A stretch of 64,000 nt of DNA from Ascidiella aspersa (GCA_963924565.1 OZ004611.1:29512001-29576000); one strand, 5' to 3'. Positions 25,456-36,826 are shown, counted from the first letter of the stretch. The notes: generated from the letters alone by a model not told the origin. Translations and numbers: made by a program.

Positions 25456-26059
25456 GTCGTAAGTTGCTGTACCCGCTGAAACCAGCCACCATCTCAACTG
25501 CGCCTCTCCCCACTCCATCTGCTCCCAACCAGCCTCACCGTCTCACCATCCGCTTCCAACCCATCCGCCTCAAAACCAGTTCTACCATCTGTTCCAAACC
25601 AGCCTGCTCATCCATCTGCCTCACCGCCTCACCATCTGCTCCAATCGCGACAACACCACCGAACGTGACTACGATCCACATCCATCTTCACCACACGACA
25701 ACCCACCACCACCTACGAAGAACTTGGCCCATCACCACCAGCAGCCCTTCACCCCTAACTCGCGGATTACACTCTGGATTAATACCATCAAAACACAAAG
25801 GATTATTCCACCTTTCATCGCTCTCAATCATCGCCGGATCCGACACCCTTCCCCCCCTGGTTGGCCCACATCGCCGGTCTCCTTCTAAACAAGTATTTTA
25901 GCATAACCTTCTATCCTTTTTGGCCGAGAAGCACCTAACTTTAATTTAATTTATCATACTCCCCCTCGGTTATATCTTTTAATACCCTCCCCCCCCTGCA
26001 ACTCAAGCAATTTTAATAAGGACTCGCGCCGGCTCTAAATTGTGCTTCCTCGGTCCCTC

Positions 26060-26573
26060 TACCAGTTTTATATCTTACCTTTTTATTATTACATTACATA
26101 CATTTTACTACTACATATTATTACATACGTCTCGCTCTTTTACAATTTTACTGTGCCACGACTACTCGCAGACTTATATTTTACCTTTTTATTATCACAT
26201 ATTATTACATAAATTTTACTATTACATATTATTACACATTATTACATACGTCTCGCTCTTTTACAATTTTACTGTGCCACGACTACTCGCAGACTTATAT
26301 TTTACCTTTTTATTATTACATATTATTACAAACATTTTATTATTACATATTACTACATATTATTACATACATTATATTATTACATATTATTACACATTAT
26401 TACATACGTCTCGCCCTTCTACAATTTTACTGTGCCACGACTACTCGCAGACTTATATTTTACCTTTTTATTATCACATATTATTACATACATTTTACTA
26501 TTACATACTATTACACATTATTACATACGTCTCGCTCTTTTACAATTTTACTGTGCCACGACTATTCGCAGAC
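26060..26573 (+). repeat. AT-rich compound repeat: (TATTACAYAT)n blocks alternating with 4 copies of a ~46-bp core ending TCGCAGACT (copy 2: about 40115-40627)
   Basis: Core CGTCTCGCTCTTTTACAATTTTACTGTGCCACGACTACTCGCAGACT near 26128, 26249, 26407, 26528. Confidence 0.9.
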
Positions 26574-26593
26574 TGTACACCGGTCCCAACGTC

Positions 26594-29500
26594 ATGAACG
26601 TTCAACCACCGCGTCGCAGGCTTCGCCCAGCAGTTCGTTCACGCGCGGATCAGGGGACGGCATCATCCAAACCAACCAAAGATGCCCCATCGCAGGAGGA
26701 AGCCCCACCCTTGTCGGTAACGTTTAGGGGGCCCGGGGATTCCGTGTTTCGGTGCGGGGTTAGTGGCTGTTCTATGGTCTCGGCAGCGCTCCAATCAGTC
26801 AAGCGCCATTTGGCATCTGTACATGGCTTGGCTGTTGGAGTGCTGGACGCGGCCTGTGGGAAGTGTTCCGCTTCCTTCAGGTCGCGTGGCTCCCTCATTA
26901 ACGTGAGGGACCATTACCGTGCCTGTGGAGCAGTCGCCCCCGCCGCTGCACCGCGGACTCCTCGGGCCTTTTGCTGCCCAGTCTGCGATAGTCGCTGGCC
27001 GTCTCTCGTAGCTGCCAAGTCCCACCATTACCAAAAGCACCCGGGCGGGCCGTCACGCAATAACAACAGCTTTGTGGTGGCCCCCGGTCTGTTATCACCT
27101 CGGCGTAGCATTAAACAACGCCCCTTTACTCTGAACGTGCGCTACGTCGACGCGGCTACCACCTATAAATGCCCCGTGCCGGCTTGCCCGAAAGGTAATG
27201 ACGGATACGCTAGAGTCCGAACATTAAAAACCCACCTCAGTACTTGTCACAAAATTAATAACGTCTTACTTAGGGTAGTATGTGGCAAGTGCGAGTGCGT
27301 CGTCGCCGACAAGGCTATGTCCTTATTGCCCGCCTCTTCGCACTTTAAATCATGTTCTGGCTCTGGCAAACCCCCGAGCATCCCGGTGCCCATACTCCCA
27401 CCCTCGCCCGCGAACCACTCTGTTGGGGAGGACTCTGATAGTTCTACAGTTGGCAAGGTCCCTTCGCTGATCTTCTATCAGTCGAAGGCTTCGATAAATA
27501 CCACCCCGCCCTCGGACAGTGAGTTTTTGTATGGCCACGTCTCTCCCCCAAGTGGGAGTTCTCACTGTTCTTCAGTAACGCTAATTTCCCCCATCGCTAC
27601 GGTTGCGCCGGTGTTGTCGTACGCCGATGCAGTCCGTACGCCATCTCCAAAGCTGTCACAGATAGATCTAGTTACCCCACCAAACCTACCAACCGTGGGC
27701 ATTCAGAATTCCTTTTCGGCAGAGTGCGTCGACCCTTACCAGCCTTCCGAGGTTTCGAGCGTCATCAACGCGACCTCACCATCTGGTCCCCCTTCGTTCA
27801 CGCTCCTTAGGAGCTGGCTAAACACTCCTTGCACCGGGAGTACCAGGCGCGTTCCGGTAGAGATCCCGCAGATCTCTCCTTCTCGCCTCGCTCGACTGGC
27901 AGTTACAATTAGGGATCACTATCGTTCAAGGGTTAACGTCGCCACGGGGGTCTCGCCTGATCCGAAGCCACCGAAAGCGAGCGTGTTTCTCTCTGGAGAA
28001 ACACCTGGCCGCGAAGTGGTGAAAGTGAAGGAGGGGCCGCCAGTTCAAGGAGGGTGGACGGATCGTCCGACACAGCAACTTCTTGTGTCGAACCTTCTTT
28101 CTGCCGGAGAACTGGACCAGGCTACATCACCTCCCGAGGTGGTGGAGCCGTGCGTTGCCGAGGCTACCGTTGCGGGAGCGGGGGAGGTGTCGGCGGCAGG
28201 GAACTGCCCGTCGCCTGAACCCGTTCCGGGCGCGCCAGAGCGACCGGCCGTGAAGACCAGGTGTGAATGGGAGGCCTTGTTGCCGAGCAGTCCGCCTGTG
28301 TCCGATCAGGTCCCAGTACCCGTGGTTGGAGACGTGTCCCACCGAAGTCCTGTTGCAAGCTCTGAAAATGCGTCAAGCTCATTGCCTGTTAGATGTAACG
28401 TTAACGACCCACCTTTAACCGACCCCAGTAATGACGACTTGAGAGCTCGCCTTGCGCATGTAATTGACGCCCATTCTTCCCCCGATAGTTTCGGCGAGCT
28501 CGAGCACGCATTAGAGGAGTGGACCAAACTCGCTGGCTCTGTAGACATTACGCGTAAGCAGCGCAAGCCTCGATACAACCGCGGTGCTCAGCACCGTGCG
28601 ACCACCAACCGCGAGCGCGGCCACCCCAACAAGACAACCATACCAATAAAGGGGGCGGCCGCCAAAGGGCAGTGCTTGCGCTCAGCGTTCTGGCGAGACC
28701 AGCGAGCTACGGTTCGCCGCATCACGGACGGGTTAAAAGGGGAGGTCAAATGTGGGATAGCTCCTCGAGTCATCGAGGAGAAGTTTCGCGCCGACCTTAA
28801 GGCACCGGGGGCGTACGAGCATCTCGAGCCGGTACCAAGCTGGATGCGAGCCACGACGGGAGGGGGAGATGCGTCATCGGGGGCTTCTGGCGGTGTGGAC
28901 TCTGCTCCAATATCTCCGCGCGAGGTGGAGATGGTTCTCCAGTCCGTTAACACTGCTTCGGCGGCAGGATCTGACGGGTTGTCCTATGGCTTTTGGAAGG
29001 CTCTAGATCCCAAGGGCATCGTCCTTGCGGAGCTTTTCGAGAGGTGTAGGATCGCTCGTCGGATTCCCGCGCAGTGGCGTAAGTCGAAAGTCACTCTGAT
29101 CTGCAAGGATCCGGGCGGCGACCTCGACGACGTCTCGAACTGGAGACCCATTTCCATCTGTCGCAACTTGTACAAGTTGTACGCGGCGGTGTTGGCGCGG
29201 CGTTTGCAGCGCTGGGCGCTCGACGGTGGCGTTATTTCTCCTGAACAGAAGGGTTTCATGCCAGTGGAAGGAACGTTCGAGCATGTTTTCGTGTTGGACT
29301 CAGCCTGGGTAGATGCACGACAGGCGAAGAAGGACATCTTCGTCGCCTGGCTCGACGTCAAGAACGCCTTCGGCAGTATCCGTCACGATTGTATTCGTAG
29401 CATAATGGACGAGCTTCAGGTTCCTGACTACTTGATTGAGTGCGTTGCTGATATCTACGTTGGTAACACGTGTGTCGTTCGCACGGCGGGTGGTGTTACC

Positions 29501-31309
29501 AACGAGATACCAGTAGGGCGAGGGGTACGCCAAGGCTGCCCCTTGTCCGGCCTCGTATTCAATCTGGTGGCCGAGGTTCTTGTTAGAGGGGTCAAAGCTC
29601 GCGCCGGTTGCGGATACAGATTCGATTGCGCTCCTAATGTCTTTTCCCAAGTGCTGGCATACGCTGACGACGGGTGTCTCATCTCGAGCTCGAGGTCACA
29701 GATGTGCGAGCAGCTGAAAGTGTGTGAGGAGTTCGCCGGCTGGGCAGGTATCCGTTTTAACCCGAAAAAATGCCGCATAATGAACCAGGTGCTGGTTGGA
29801 AGTCGCCGACAACGGGATCCGCAGCCTTTCTCGCTCTCGGGCGAGGAGGTCAAGGTGATTGGTCTGGGCGAATTCTACCGCTACTTGGGAGTGCGGCAGG
29901 GATACCTTCCTGACACTCGATCGAACACCACCCTCGAGTTGTCTGCCGAGCGAATCAAGCGACTCTTTGAGTCGCCCCTCACGCCACACCAGAAGCTGCT
30001 GGCACTGAAGCGATTCGAGCTCCCCCGTCTGAGCTTCATCTTGAGGTTGCGGCATTTTCCGGTAAAGGAGTTGAGGAAGGTGGACTCTACGGTGCGGCGT
30101 TGCGTGCGCATTTCACTCCGCCTCCCAACACGAACGTGCGTGGCTTTTTACCACACGTCAGCAGACAGCGGAGGCCTGGGGATCCCGTCGATTGCCGCCG
30201 AGGGCGACATACTGGCGGTGACACAGGCCTTCAAAATGCTGACAGCACCGGACTGGCGGGTGCGCGCCGTGGCCGTGGGTCGACTCGAATCTCTCTCGAA
30301 ACGGATGGCCAAAGCTGAAAGTGTCGATGCCGGTGCGATGGCAGCTTTCATATCAGGGGGCAACGTCAGTGGTAACGGGTGCGGAGCGGGCGGAAGTCTG
30401 GAACGAGACTTGTTTACGTTTGTACGCAAGGCCTCGGAAAGGATCGATGTTCAATTCGTCGCGGGCGCTGACGGGCAGTTTTCTGTGACGTCTGGTGACA
30501 AGACGTTATCCCCCAGCAACCGGGCAGTATTTACCAGGACCCTCCACGCCTTACAATCAAAGCGTTGGAGGGAAGTGTGGGCCAGTCATCCAGACCAAGG
30601 TAAGACCGTAGGGGCCCACACCCAATACGGTTATTCGAACCACTGGTTGAAGAACCCCGGGGCTCTGACTATTCCAGAGCGCATTTTCGCGATGAAAGCA
30701 CGCCTCAACCTCCTTCCTGTCAAGAAGGTTCGGGAACGATTTCACGGGGGACAGTCAGACGTTAGGTGCTGCAGATGCGGCAGTTCGGCCGAGACACTTC
30801 CCCACGTACTCAACCACTGTGTTCCCGTCATGCCCCAAATCCTATCTCGGCACGACGCCATACAGGGGGAAGTGTTGCGCCACGTACCTTCAGGGACCTT
30901 CACCAAGGTTTCTTGTGACCGAGTTTGCCGGGAGCACGCCGATGCCACGGGTGAGAACCTCCGGCCAGACTTGATTGTCGAGAGCGCCGACAGGTTCTTA
31001 GTCGTGGACTTTGCGTGCCCTTTCGAAAACGGCCAAGTTGCCCTTACCGCTGCTGCGGCCCGTAAGCACCAAAAGTACAGGGAGTTGTGTGGAAACTTGG
31101 CCCGTGTTTCCAAGAAGCGAGTCCTTTTCCACACCTTCATCATCGGCTCCCTGGGCAGCTATGCTCAAGGCAACAATTCCACCCTCAGCGCCTTGGGCAT
31201 CACGGGCCGTCGTATGACGGAGGTAGCCAGAGCATGCTCAGCTCTGGCTATCAAGGGTAGCCACCACGTGTGGCAATCTTGGTGCAGGGGGATTGTTACC
31301 AAACCTTAA
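26594..31309 (+). CDS. Retrotransposon polyprotein: N-terminal zinc fingers, reverse transcriptase, CCHC knuckle, restriction-like endonuclease (1571 aa from first ATG)
   Basis: SAAGSDGL, NWRPISI, QKGF, WLDVKNAFGSI, GVRQGCPLS, LAYADD; CRCGSSAETLPHVLNHC; RHD; RPDLIV..VVDFACPFE..KHQKY. The track start at 26432 is a GTG inside the AT-rich repeat; first ATG is 26594. Confidence 0.95.
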   Translation: MNVQPPRRRLRPAVRSRADQGTASSKPTKDAPSQEEAPPLSVTFRGPGDSVFRCGVSGCSMVSAALQSVKRHLASVHGLAVGVLDAACGKCSASFRSRGSLINVRDHYRACGAVAPAAAPRTPRAFCCPVCDSRWPSLVAAKSHHYQKHPGGPSRNNNSFVVAPGLLSPRRSIKQRPFTLNVRYVDAATTYKCPVPACPKGNDGYARVRTLKTHLSTCHKINNVLLRVVCGKCECVVADKAMSLLPASSHFKSCSGSGKPPSIPVPILPPSPANHSVGEDSDSSTVGKVPSLIFYQSKASINTTPPSDSEFLYGHVSPPSGSSHCSSVTLISPIATVAPVLSYADAVRTPSPKLSQIDLVTPPNLPTVGIQNSFSAECVDPYQPSEVSSVINATSPSGPPSFTLLRSWLNTPCTGSTRRVPVEIPQISPSRLARLAVTIRDHYRSRVNVATGVSPDPKPPKASVFLSGETPGREVVKVKEGPPVQGGWTDRPTQQLLVSNLLSAGELDQATSPPEVVEPCVAEATVAGAGEVSAAGNCPSPEPVPGAPERPAVKTRCEWEALLPSSPPVSDQVPVPVVGDVSHRSPVASSENASSSLPVRCNVNDPPLTDPSNDDLRARLAHVIDAHSSPDSFGELEHALEEWTKLAGSVDITRKQRKPRYNRGAQHRATTNRERGHPNKTTIPIKGAAAKGQCLRSAFWRDQRATVRRITDGLKGEVKCGIAPRVIEEKFRADLKAPGAYEHLEPVPSWMRATTGGGDASSGASGGVDSAPISPREVEMVLQSVNTASAAGSDGLSYGFWKALDPKGIVLAELFERCRIARRIPAQWRKSKVTLICKDPGGDLDDVSNWRPISICRNLYKLYAAVLARRLQRWALDGGVISPEQKGFMPVEGTFEHVFVLDSAWVDARQAKKDIFVAWLDVKNAFGSIRHDCIRSIMDELQVPDYLIECVADIYVGNTCVVRTAGGVTNEIPVGRGVRQGCPLSGLVFNLVAEVLVRGVKARAGCGYRFDCAPNVFSQVLAYADDGCLISSSRSQMCEQLKVCEEFAGWAGIRFNPKKCRIMNQVLVGSRRQRDPQPFSLSGEEVKVIGLGEFYRYLGVRQGYLPDTRSNTTLELSAERIKRLFESPLTPHQKLLALKRFELPRLSFILRLRHFPVKELRKVDSTVRRCVRISLRLPTRTCVAFYHTSADSGGLGIPSIAAEGDILAVTQAFKMLTAPDWRVRAVAVGRLESLSKRMAKAESVDAGAMAAFISGGNVSGNGCGAGGSLERDLFTFVRKASERIDVQFVAGADGQFSVTSGDKTLSPSNRAVFTRTLHALQSKRWREVWASHPDQGKTVGAHTQYGYSNHWLKNPGALTIPERIFAMKARLNLLPVKKVRERFHGGQSDVRCCRCGSSAETLPHVLNHCVPVMPQILSRHDAIQGEVLRHVPSGTFTKVSCDRVCREHADATGENLRPDLIVESADRFLVVDFACPFENGQVALTAAAARKHQKYRELCGNLARVSKKRVLFHTFIIGSLGSYAQGNNSTLSALGITGRRMTEVARACSALAIKGSHHVWQSWCRGIVTKP

Positions 31310-32511
31310 ACCATCCTTTGCAAGCGCAGACTGGCACCACACAAACACAAACCGGACGATCACGGCGGCGGGGCATCAACTTAACCGCAAATAAACCAGC
31401 TCACCAGTACGTTCATCAATCAGCCAACAACCCAGCCCACTCACCACCCCATCACCTCGGAAAACTTCAGCCCTTTGACCCCAGCTCTATCCACGCCCCG
31501 CCGCCAACCCCTCCTCGCACTCCAATGTTAAAGCTGGCCTCCTCCAATCAAAACCCACTCCTGATAGTTTCGCCGAGGTGCTCCCAACTCTTCAACCGCG
31601 CGGCAGCCGGGGACCAACTCTCCAAACACTTTAACGTTCCAACGTTCGTCTATCGTCCCCGGCCAACACCTTCAACAGTTCCGCCCGCCACACCAGTCGA
31701 ATCATCGTCAACGGCAAAAGGGCGGATGCCGCGCGGTCAACACCTCACCTCTTCACACCAATGGGGCCGGCTAGGAAGCCTGCCCCCGAACTGTCTGGCA
31801 CCAACACTGGAGCACCTCGGCCCCCCAACCAACACGGAGGCCAGCAGGCCGGCGCACGTCGCCGACCCACTAATTCGCACCATCCCCACCCGGTTTGCAC
31901 AACACTTAGCTTTTAAATCTTTTTTTTTGTCTTAGGTAGCTCGTTTTTAACCGCTTTACCGCCCCAAAATTGCACTTACTAGCAATTAAAGCACTTACCG
32001 CACTTAAACCTCTTTCAAGTTTTAAATGCACCCCCCCTTTTTTTATATATATGCAAAGTTCCGAACTATTTTTTATATTTACATTGTTTTTAAATATTTT
32101 TATACCCACACCCCGTGTACTTTTTTCGCCACCCTCACCCCTTTCCACTCACTAGGCACACTTCCAAAATATGTATCTAAATTACACAATACCATACCCG
32201 AGCCCAGTCTGCGCCAGTCCCTCTGTTCCTCCTGCGACGTCTCCTGCAAGCCCTACCATCGGCGGGCCCCACAATTCACTTAGCTTATAACTTAACTAAT
32301 CTGGCCCTAACTTTTTTAAATTTACCTTTTTTTTCCACAGTAATCATCAAATCTTAACCAAACCAAACCCACAAATTCTATCACCCATCGCCGTTACGGC
32401 GGTGGAGGCCGAGCGTGCAACGCACAATACTTATTGCCGGCGAAGCCTGTTTATATTGTCGTTTTCGTGTTTTATCGCCGTCAACACAATAAACCGGTGT
32501 ACAGTCAAAAG

Positions 32512-32661
32512 TCTGTTCTTCTCAGTTTAATACCTGGGACGCAAGCGATTCGCTTGCTCTTTGTATTAACCTGATTTTTGGACAGGGAGCACGGTGCCGA
32601 AGCTTGCTTCGCCCTGCTCACGGGTTGTCCTGGTATTGCAGTACCTCCAGGCACGGCCCAC
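32512..32661 (+). pseudogene. U2: 3' remnant (nt 41 to end) of U2 disrupted by element copy 1
   Basis: U2 resumes at TCTGTTCTTCTCAG directly after element end GTCAAAAG. Confidence 0.93.
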
Positions 32662-33247
32662 ATTCCCACACTGTGGGAATTCCTCTTCATCCAATTGAAA
32701 ATTTGCTTCTTGTTTTGAAAAAAAGAAGCAAAACATAAATCGATTTTTCGAGCGAAAATTGAAAAGAAAAATGGTGACCGATCGGCCAAAAATGACAAAT
32801 TTTGTTCCTACAAGTTGATGCGGGGGGCTTATGGGGTAGCTATCCACAAAGAGTACGGGCGAGTAGTCGAGTAGGGCCTCGGGAAAAATCGTCACAACTC
32901 ATACTTACCTGACGGGGGTCTTTAACCGTGATCACGTAGGCGGTTGGCCCAAGGCGAGGCCTTGCCATTGCACTTCGGCTTGGCTGACCCTTGCGATTAC
33001 CCCAAATGCGGGTAACTCGGCCGTATAATTTCTGTTAGCGGGGTGTGCGTTCGCGCAAAACCCCATACAAACCTTAATCAGTTCTGAAAAAGCTTGGAAA
33101 CGGCAAGAGCCGGTCGTAGCTGCAAAACGCTGAAAGAGCAGGAGGAAATTTTCGGGGGGCGTCTTCCGAGTAGCGTCGGCAGAATCGAGTAAAATGTCAA
33201 AATAAGGAACGCTTCACGATTTTGCGTGTCATCCTTGCGCAGGGGCC

Positions 33248-33287
<40 letters not shown>

Positions 33288-34440
33288 ACTGCCGAAGCAA
33301 GTACAATCGTTTACCAACTTTTTTCCTTATCAACGACCTCGTCGAAAAACGCCGACTCTTTGCGGAGAAGACCCGAATCGCCCAGCCAATTGATTTAGAT
33401 GTGTCACGATGACGTCGGCAAAATTTCAATAACTCCTGGCCAGAAATCAAAGGCCAGCTAAAACGAGAGTCCGACTGCCAAATTCTCTTTTCAATTCTTT
33501 TCCAATTGTAATTCGTCGTGTCGTTTTGTCGAAAATCGCTTCCAAATGCACTCTTTTCGAGAGACGGCAAAATACGTTTTCGCTTGCCAAATCTTTCCAC
33601 GGCCAACCAGCAAGTCTTGGGTAAGGCTGAGAGTTGTACTTCTTCCTGACTGACCCCAAACTTTATCGCTTCTCGGCTCTTTAGAGCTAAGATCAAGTGT
33701 AGTATCTGTTCTTCTCAGTTTAATACCTGGGACGCAAGCGATTCGCTTGCTCTTTGTATTAACCTGATTTTTGGACAGGGAGCACGGTGCCGAAGCTTGC
33801 TTCGCCCTGCTCACGGGTTGTCCTGGTATTGCAGTACCTCCAGGCACGGCCCACATTCCCACACTGTGGGAATTCCTCTTCATCCAATTGAAAATTTGCT
33901 TCTTGTTTTGAAAAAAAGAAGCAAAACATAAATCGATTTTTCGAGCGAAAATTGAAAAGAAAAATGGTGACCGATCGGCCAAAAATGACAAATTTTGTTC
34001 CTACAAGTTGATGCGGGGGGCTTATGGGGTAGCTATCCACAAAGAGTACGGGCGAGTAGTCGAGTAGGGCCTCGGGAAAAATCGTCACAACTCATACTTA
34101 CCTGACGGGGGTCTTTAACCGTGATCACGTAGGCGGTTGGCCCAAGGCGAGGCCTTGCCATTGCACTTCGGCTTGGCTGACCCTTGCGATTACCCCAAAT
34201 GCGGGTAACTCGGCCGTATAATTTCTGTTAGCGGGGTGTGCGTTCGCGCAAAACCCCATACAAACCTTAATCAGTTCTGAAAAAGCTTGGAAACGGCAAG
34301 AGCCGGTCGTAGCTGCAAAACGCTGAAAGAGCAGGAGGAAATTTTCGGGGGGCGTCTTCCGAGTAGCGTCGGCAGAATCGAGTAAAATGTCAAAATAAGG
34401 AACGCTTCACGATTTTGCGTGTCATCCTTGCGCAGGGGCC

Positions 34441-34480
<40 letters not shown>

Positions 34481-35633
34481 ACTGCCGAAGCAAGTACAAT
34501 CGTTTACCAACTTTTTTCCTTATCAACGACCTCGTCGAAAAACGCCGACTCTTTGCGGAGAAGACCCGAATCGCCCAGCCAATTGATTTAGATGTGTCAC
34601 GATGACGTCGGCAAAATTTCAATAACTCCTGGCCAGAAATCAAAGGCCAGCTAAAACGAGAGTCCGACTGCCAAATTCTCTTTTCAATTCTTTTCCAATT
34701 GTAATTCGTCGTGTCGTTTTGTCGAAAATCGCTTCCAAATGCACTCTTTTCGAGAGACGGCAAAATACGTTTTCGCTTGCCAAATCTTTCCACGGCCAAC
34801 CAGCAAGTCTTGGGTAAGGCTGAGAGTTGTACTTCTTCCTGACTGACCCCAAACTTTATCGCTTCTCGGCTCTTTAGAGCTAAGATCAAGTGTAGTATCT
34901 GTTCTTCTCAGTTTAATACCTGGGACGCAAGCGATTCGCTTGCTCTTTGTATTAACCTGATTTTTGGACAGGGAGCACGGTGCCGAAGCTTGCTTCGCCC
35001 TGCTCACGGGTTGTCCTGGTATTGCAGTACCTCCAGGCACGGCCCACATTCCCACACTGTGGGAATTCCTCTTCATCCAATTGAAAATTTGCTTCTTGTT
35101 TTGAAAAAAAGAAGCAAAACATAAATCGATTTTTCGAGCGAAAATTGAAAAGAAAAATGGTGACCGATCGGCCAAAAATGACAAATTTTGTTCCTACAAG
35201 TTGATGCGGGGGGCTTATGGGGTAGCTATCCACAAAGAGTACGGGCGAGTAGTCGAGTAGGGCCTCGGGAAAAATCGTCACAACTCATACTTACCTGACG
35301 GGGGTCTTTAACCGTGATCACGTAGGCGGTTGGCCCAAGGCGAGGCCTTGCCATTGCACTTCGGCTTGGCTGACCCTTGCGATTACCCCAAATGCGGGTA
35401 ACTCGGCCGTATAATTTCTGTTAGCGGGGTGTGCGTTCGCGCAAAACCCCATACAAACCTTAATCAGTTCTGAAAAAGCTTGGAAACGGCAAGAGCCGGT
35501 CGTAGCTGCAAAACGCTGAAAGAGCAGGAGGAAATTTTCGGGGGGCGTCTTCCGAGTAGCGTCGGCAGAATCGAGTAAAATGTCAAAATAAGGAACGCTT
35601 CACGATTTTGCGTGTCATCCTTGCGCAGGGGCC

Positions 35634-35673
<40 letters not shown>

Positions 35674-36826
35674 ACTGCCGAAGCAAGTACAATCGTTTAC
35701 CAACTTTTTTCCTTATCAACGACCTCGTCGAAAAACGCCGACTCTTTGCGGAGAAGACCCGAATCGCCCAGCCAATTGATTTAGATGTGTCACGATGACG
35801 TCGGCAAAATTTCAATAACTCCTGGCCAGAAATCAAAGGCCAGCTAAAACGAGAGTCCGACTGCCAAATTCTCTTTTCAATTCTTTTCCAATTGTAATTC
35901 GTCGTGTCGTTTTGTCGAAAATCGCTTCCAAATGCACTCTTTTCGAGAGACGGCAAAATACGTTTTCGCTTGCCAAATCTTTCCACGGCCAACCAGCAAG
36001 TCTTGGGTAAGGCTGAGAGTTGTACTTCTTCCTGACTGACCCCAAACTTTATCGCTTCTCGGCTCTTTAGAGCTAAGATCAAGTGTAGTATCTGTTCTTC
36101 TCAGTTTAATACCTGGGACGCAAGCGATTCGCTTGCTCTTTGTATTAACCTGATTTTTGGACAGGGAGCACGGTGCCGAAGCTTGCTTCGCCCTGCTCAC
36201 GGGTTGTCCTGGTATTGCAGTACCTCCAGGCACGGCCCACATTCCCACACTGTGGGAATTCCTCTTCATCCAATTGAAAATTTGCTTCTTGTTTTGAAAA
36301 AAAGAAGCAAAACATAAATCGATTTTTCGAGCGAAAATTGAAAAGAAAAATGGTGACCGATCGGCCAAAAATGACAAATTTTGTTCCTACAAGTTGATGC
36401 GGGGGGCTTATGGGGTAGCTATCCACAAAGAGTACGGGCGAGTAGTCGAGTAGGGCCTCGGGAAAAATCGTCACAACTCATACTTACCTGACGGGGGTCT
36501 TTAACCGTGATCACGTAGGCGGTTGGCCCAAGGCGAGGCCTTGCCATTGCACTTCGGCTTGGCTGACCCTTGCGATTACCCCAAATGCGGGTAACTCGGC
36601 CGTATAATTTCTGTTAGCGGGGTGTGCGTTCGCGCAAAACCCCATACAAACCTTAATCAGTTCTGAAAAAGCTTGGAAACGGCAAGAGCCGGTCGTAGCT
36701 GCAAAACGCTGAAAGAGCAGGAGGAAATTTTCGGGGGGCGTCTTCCGAGTAGCGTCGGCAGAATCGAGTAAAATGTCAAAATAAGGAACGCTTCACGATT
36801 TTGCGTGTCATCCTTGCGCAGGGGCC

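Larger units (their letters stand above)
24402..32511 (+). mobile_element. Full-length U2-snRNA-specific non-LTR retrotransposon (RLE type, Utopia-like), copy 1, 8110 bp
   Basis: Interrupts U2: nt 1-17 on the left, nt 41 onward (TCTGTTCTT) on the right, no target-site duplication; single ZF-RT-CCHC-RLE ORF; AATAAA at 32488 and short A run at the 3' end. Confidence 0.95.

Noticed and set aside
26432-26593. N-terminal 54-aa extension of the polyprotein in the track
   Set aside because: GTG start inside the AT-rich repeat gives low-complexity sequence; first ATG is at 26594
31270-31935. 220-aa ORF overlapping the polyprotein stop
   Set aside because: Non-ATG start, C/A-rich low-complexity 3' UTR, no motif; the 3-bp indel is explained by CAC slippage
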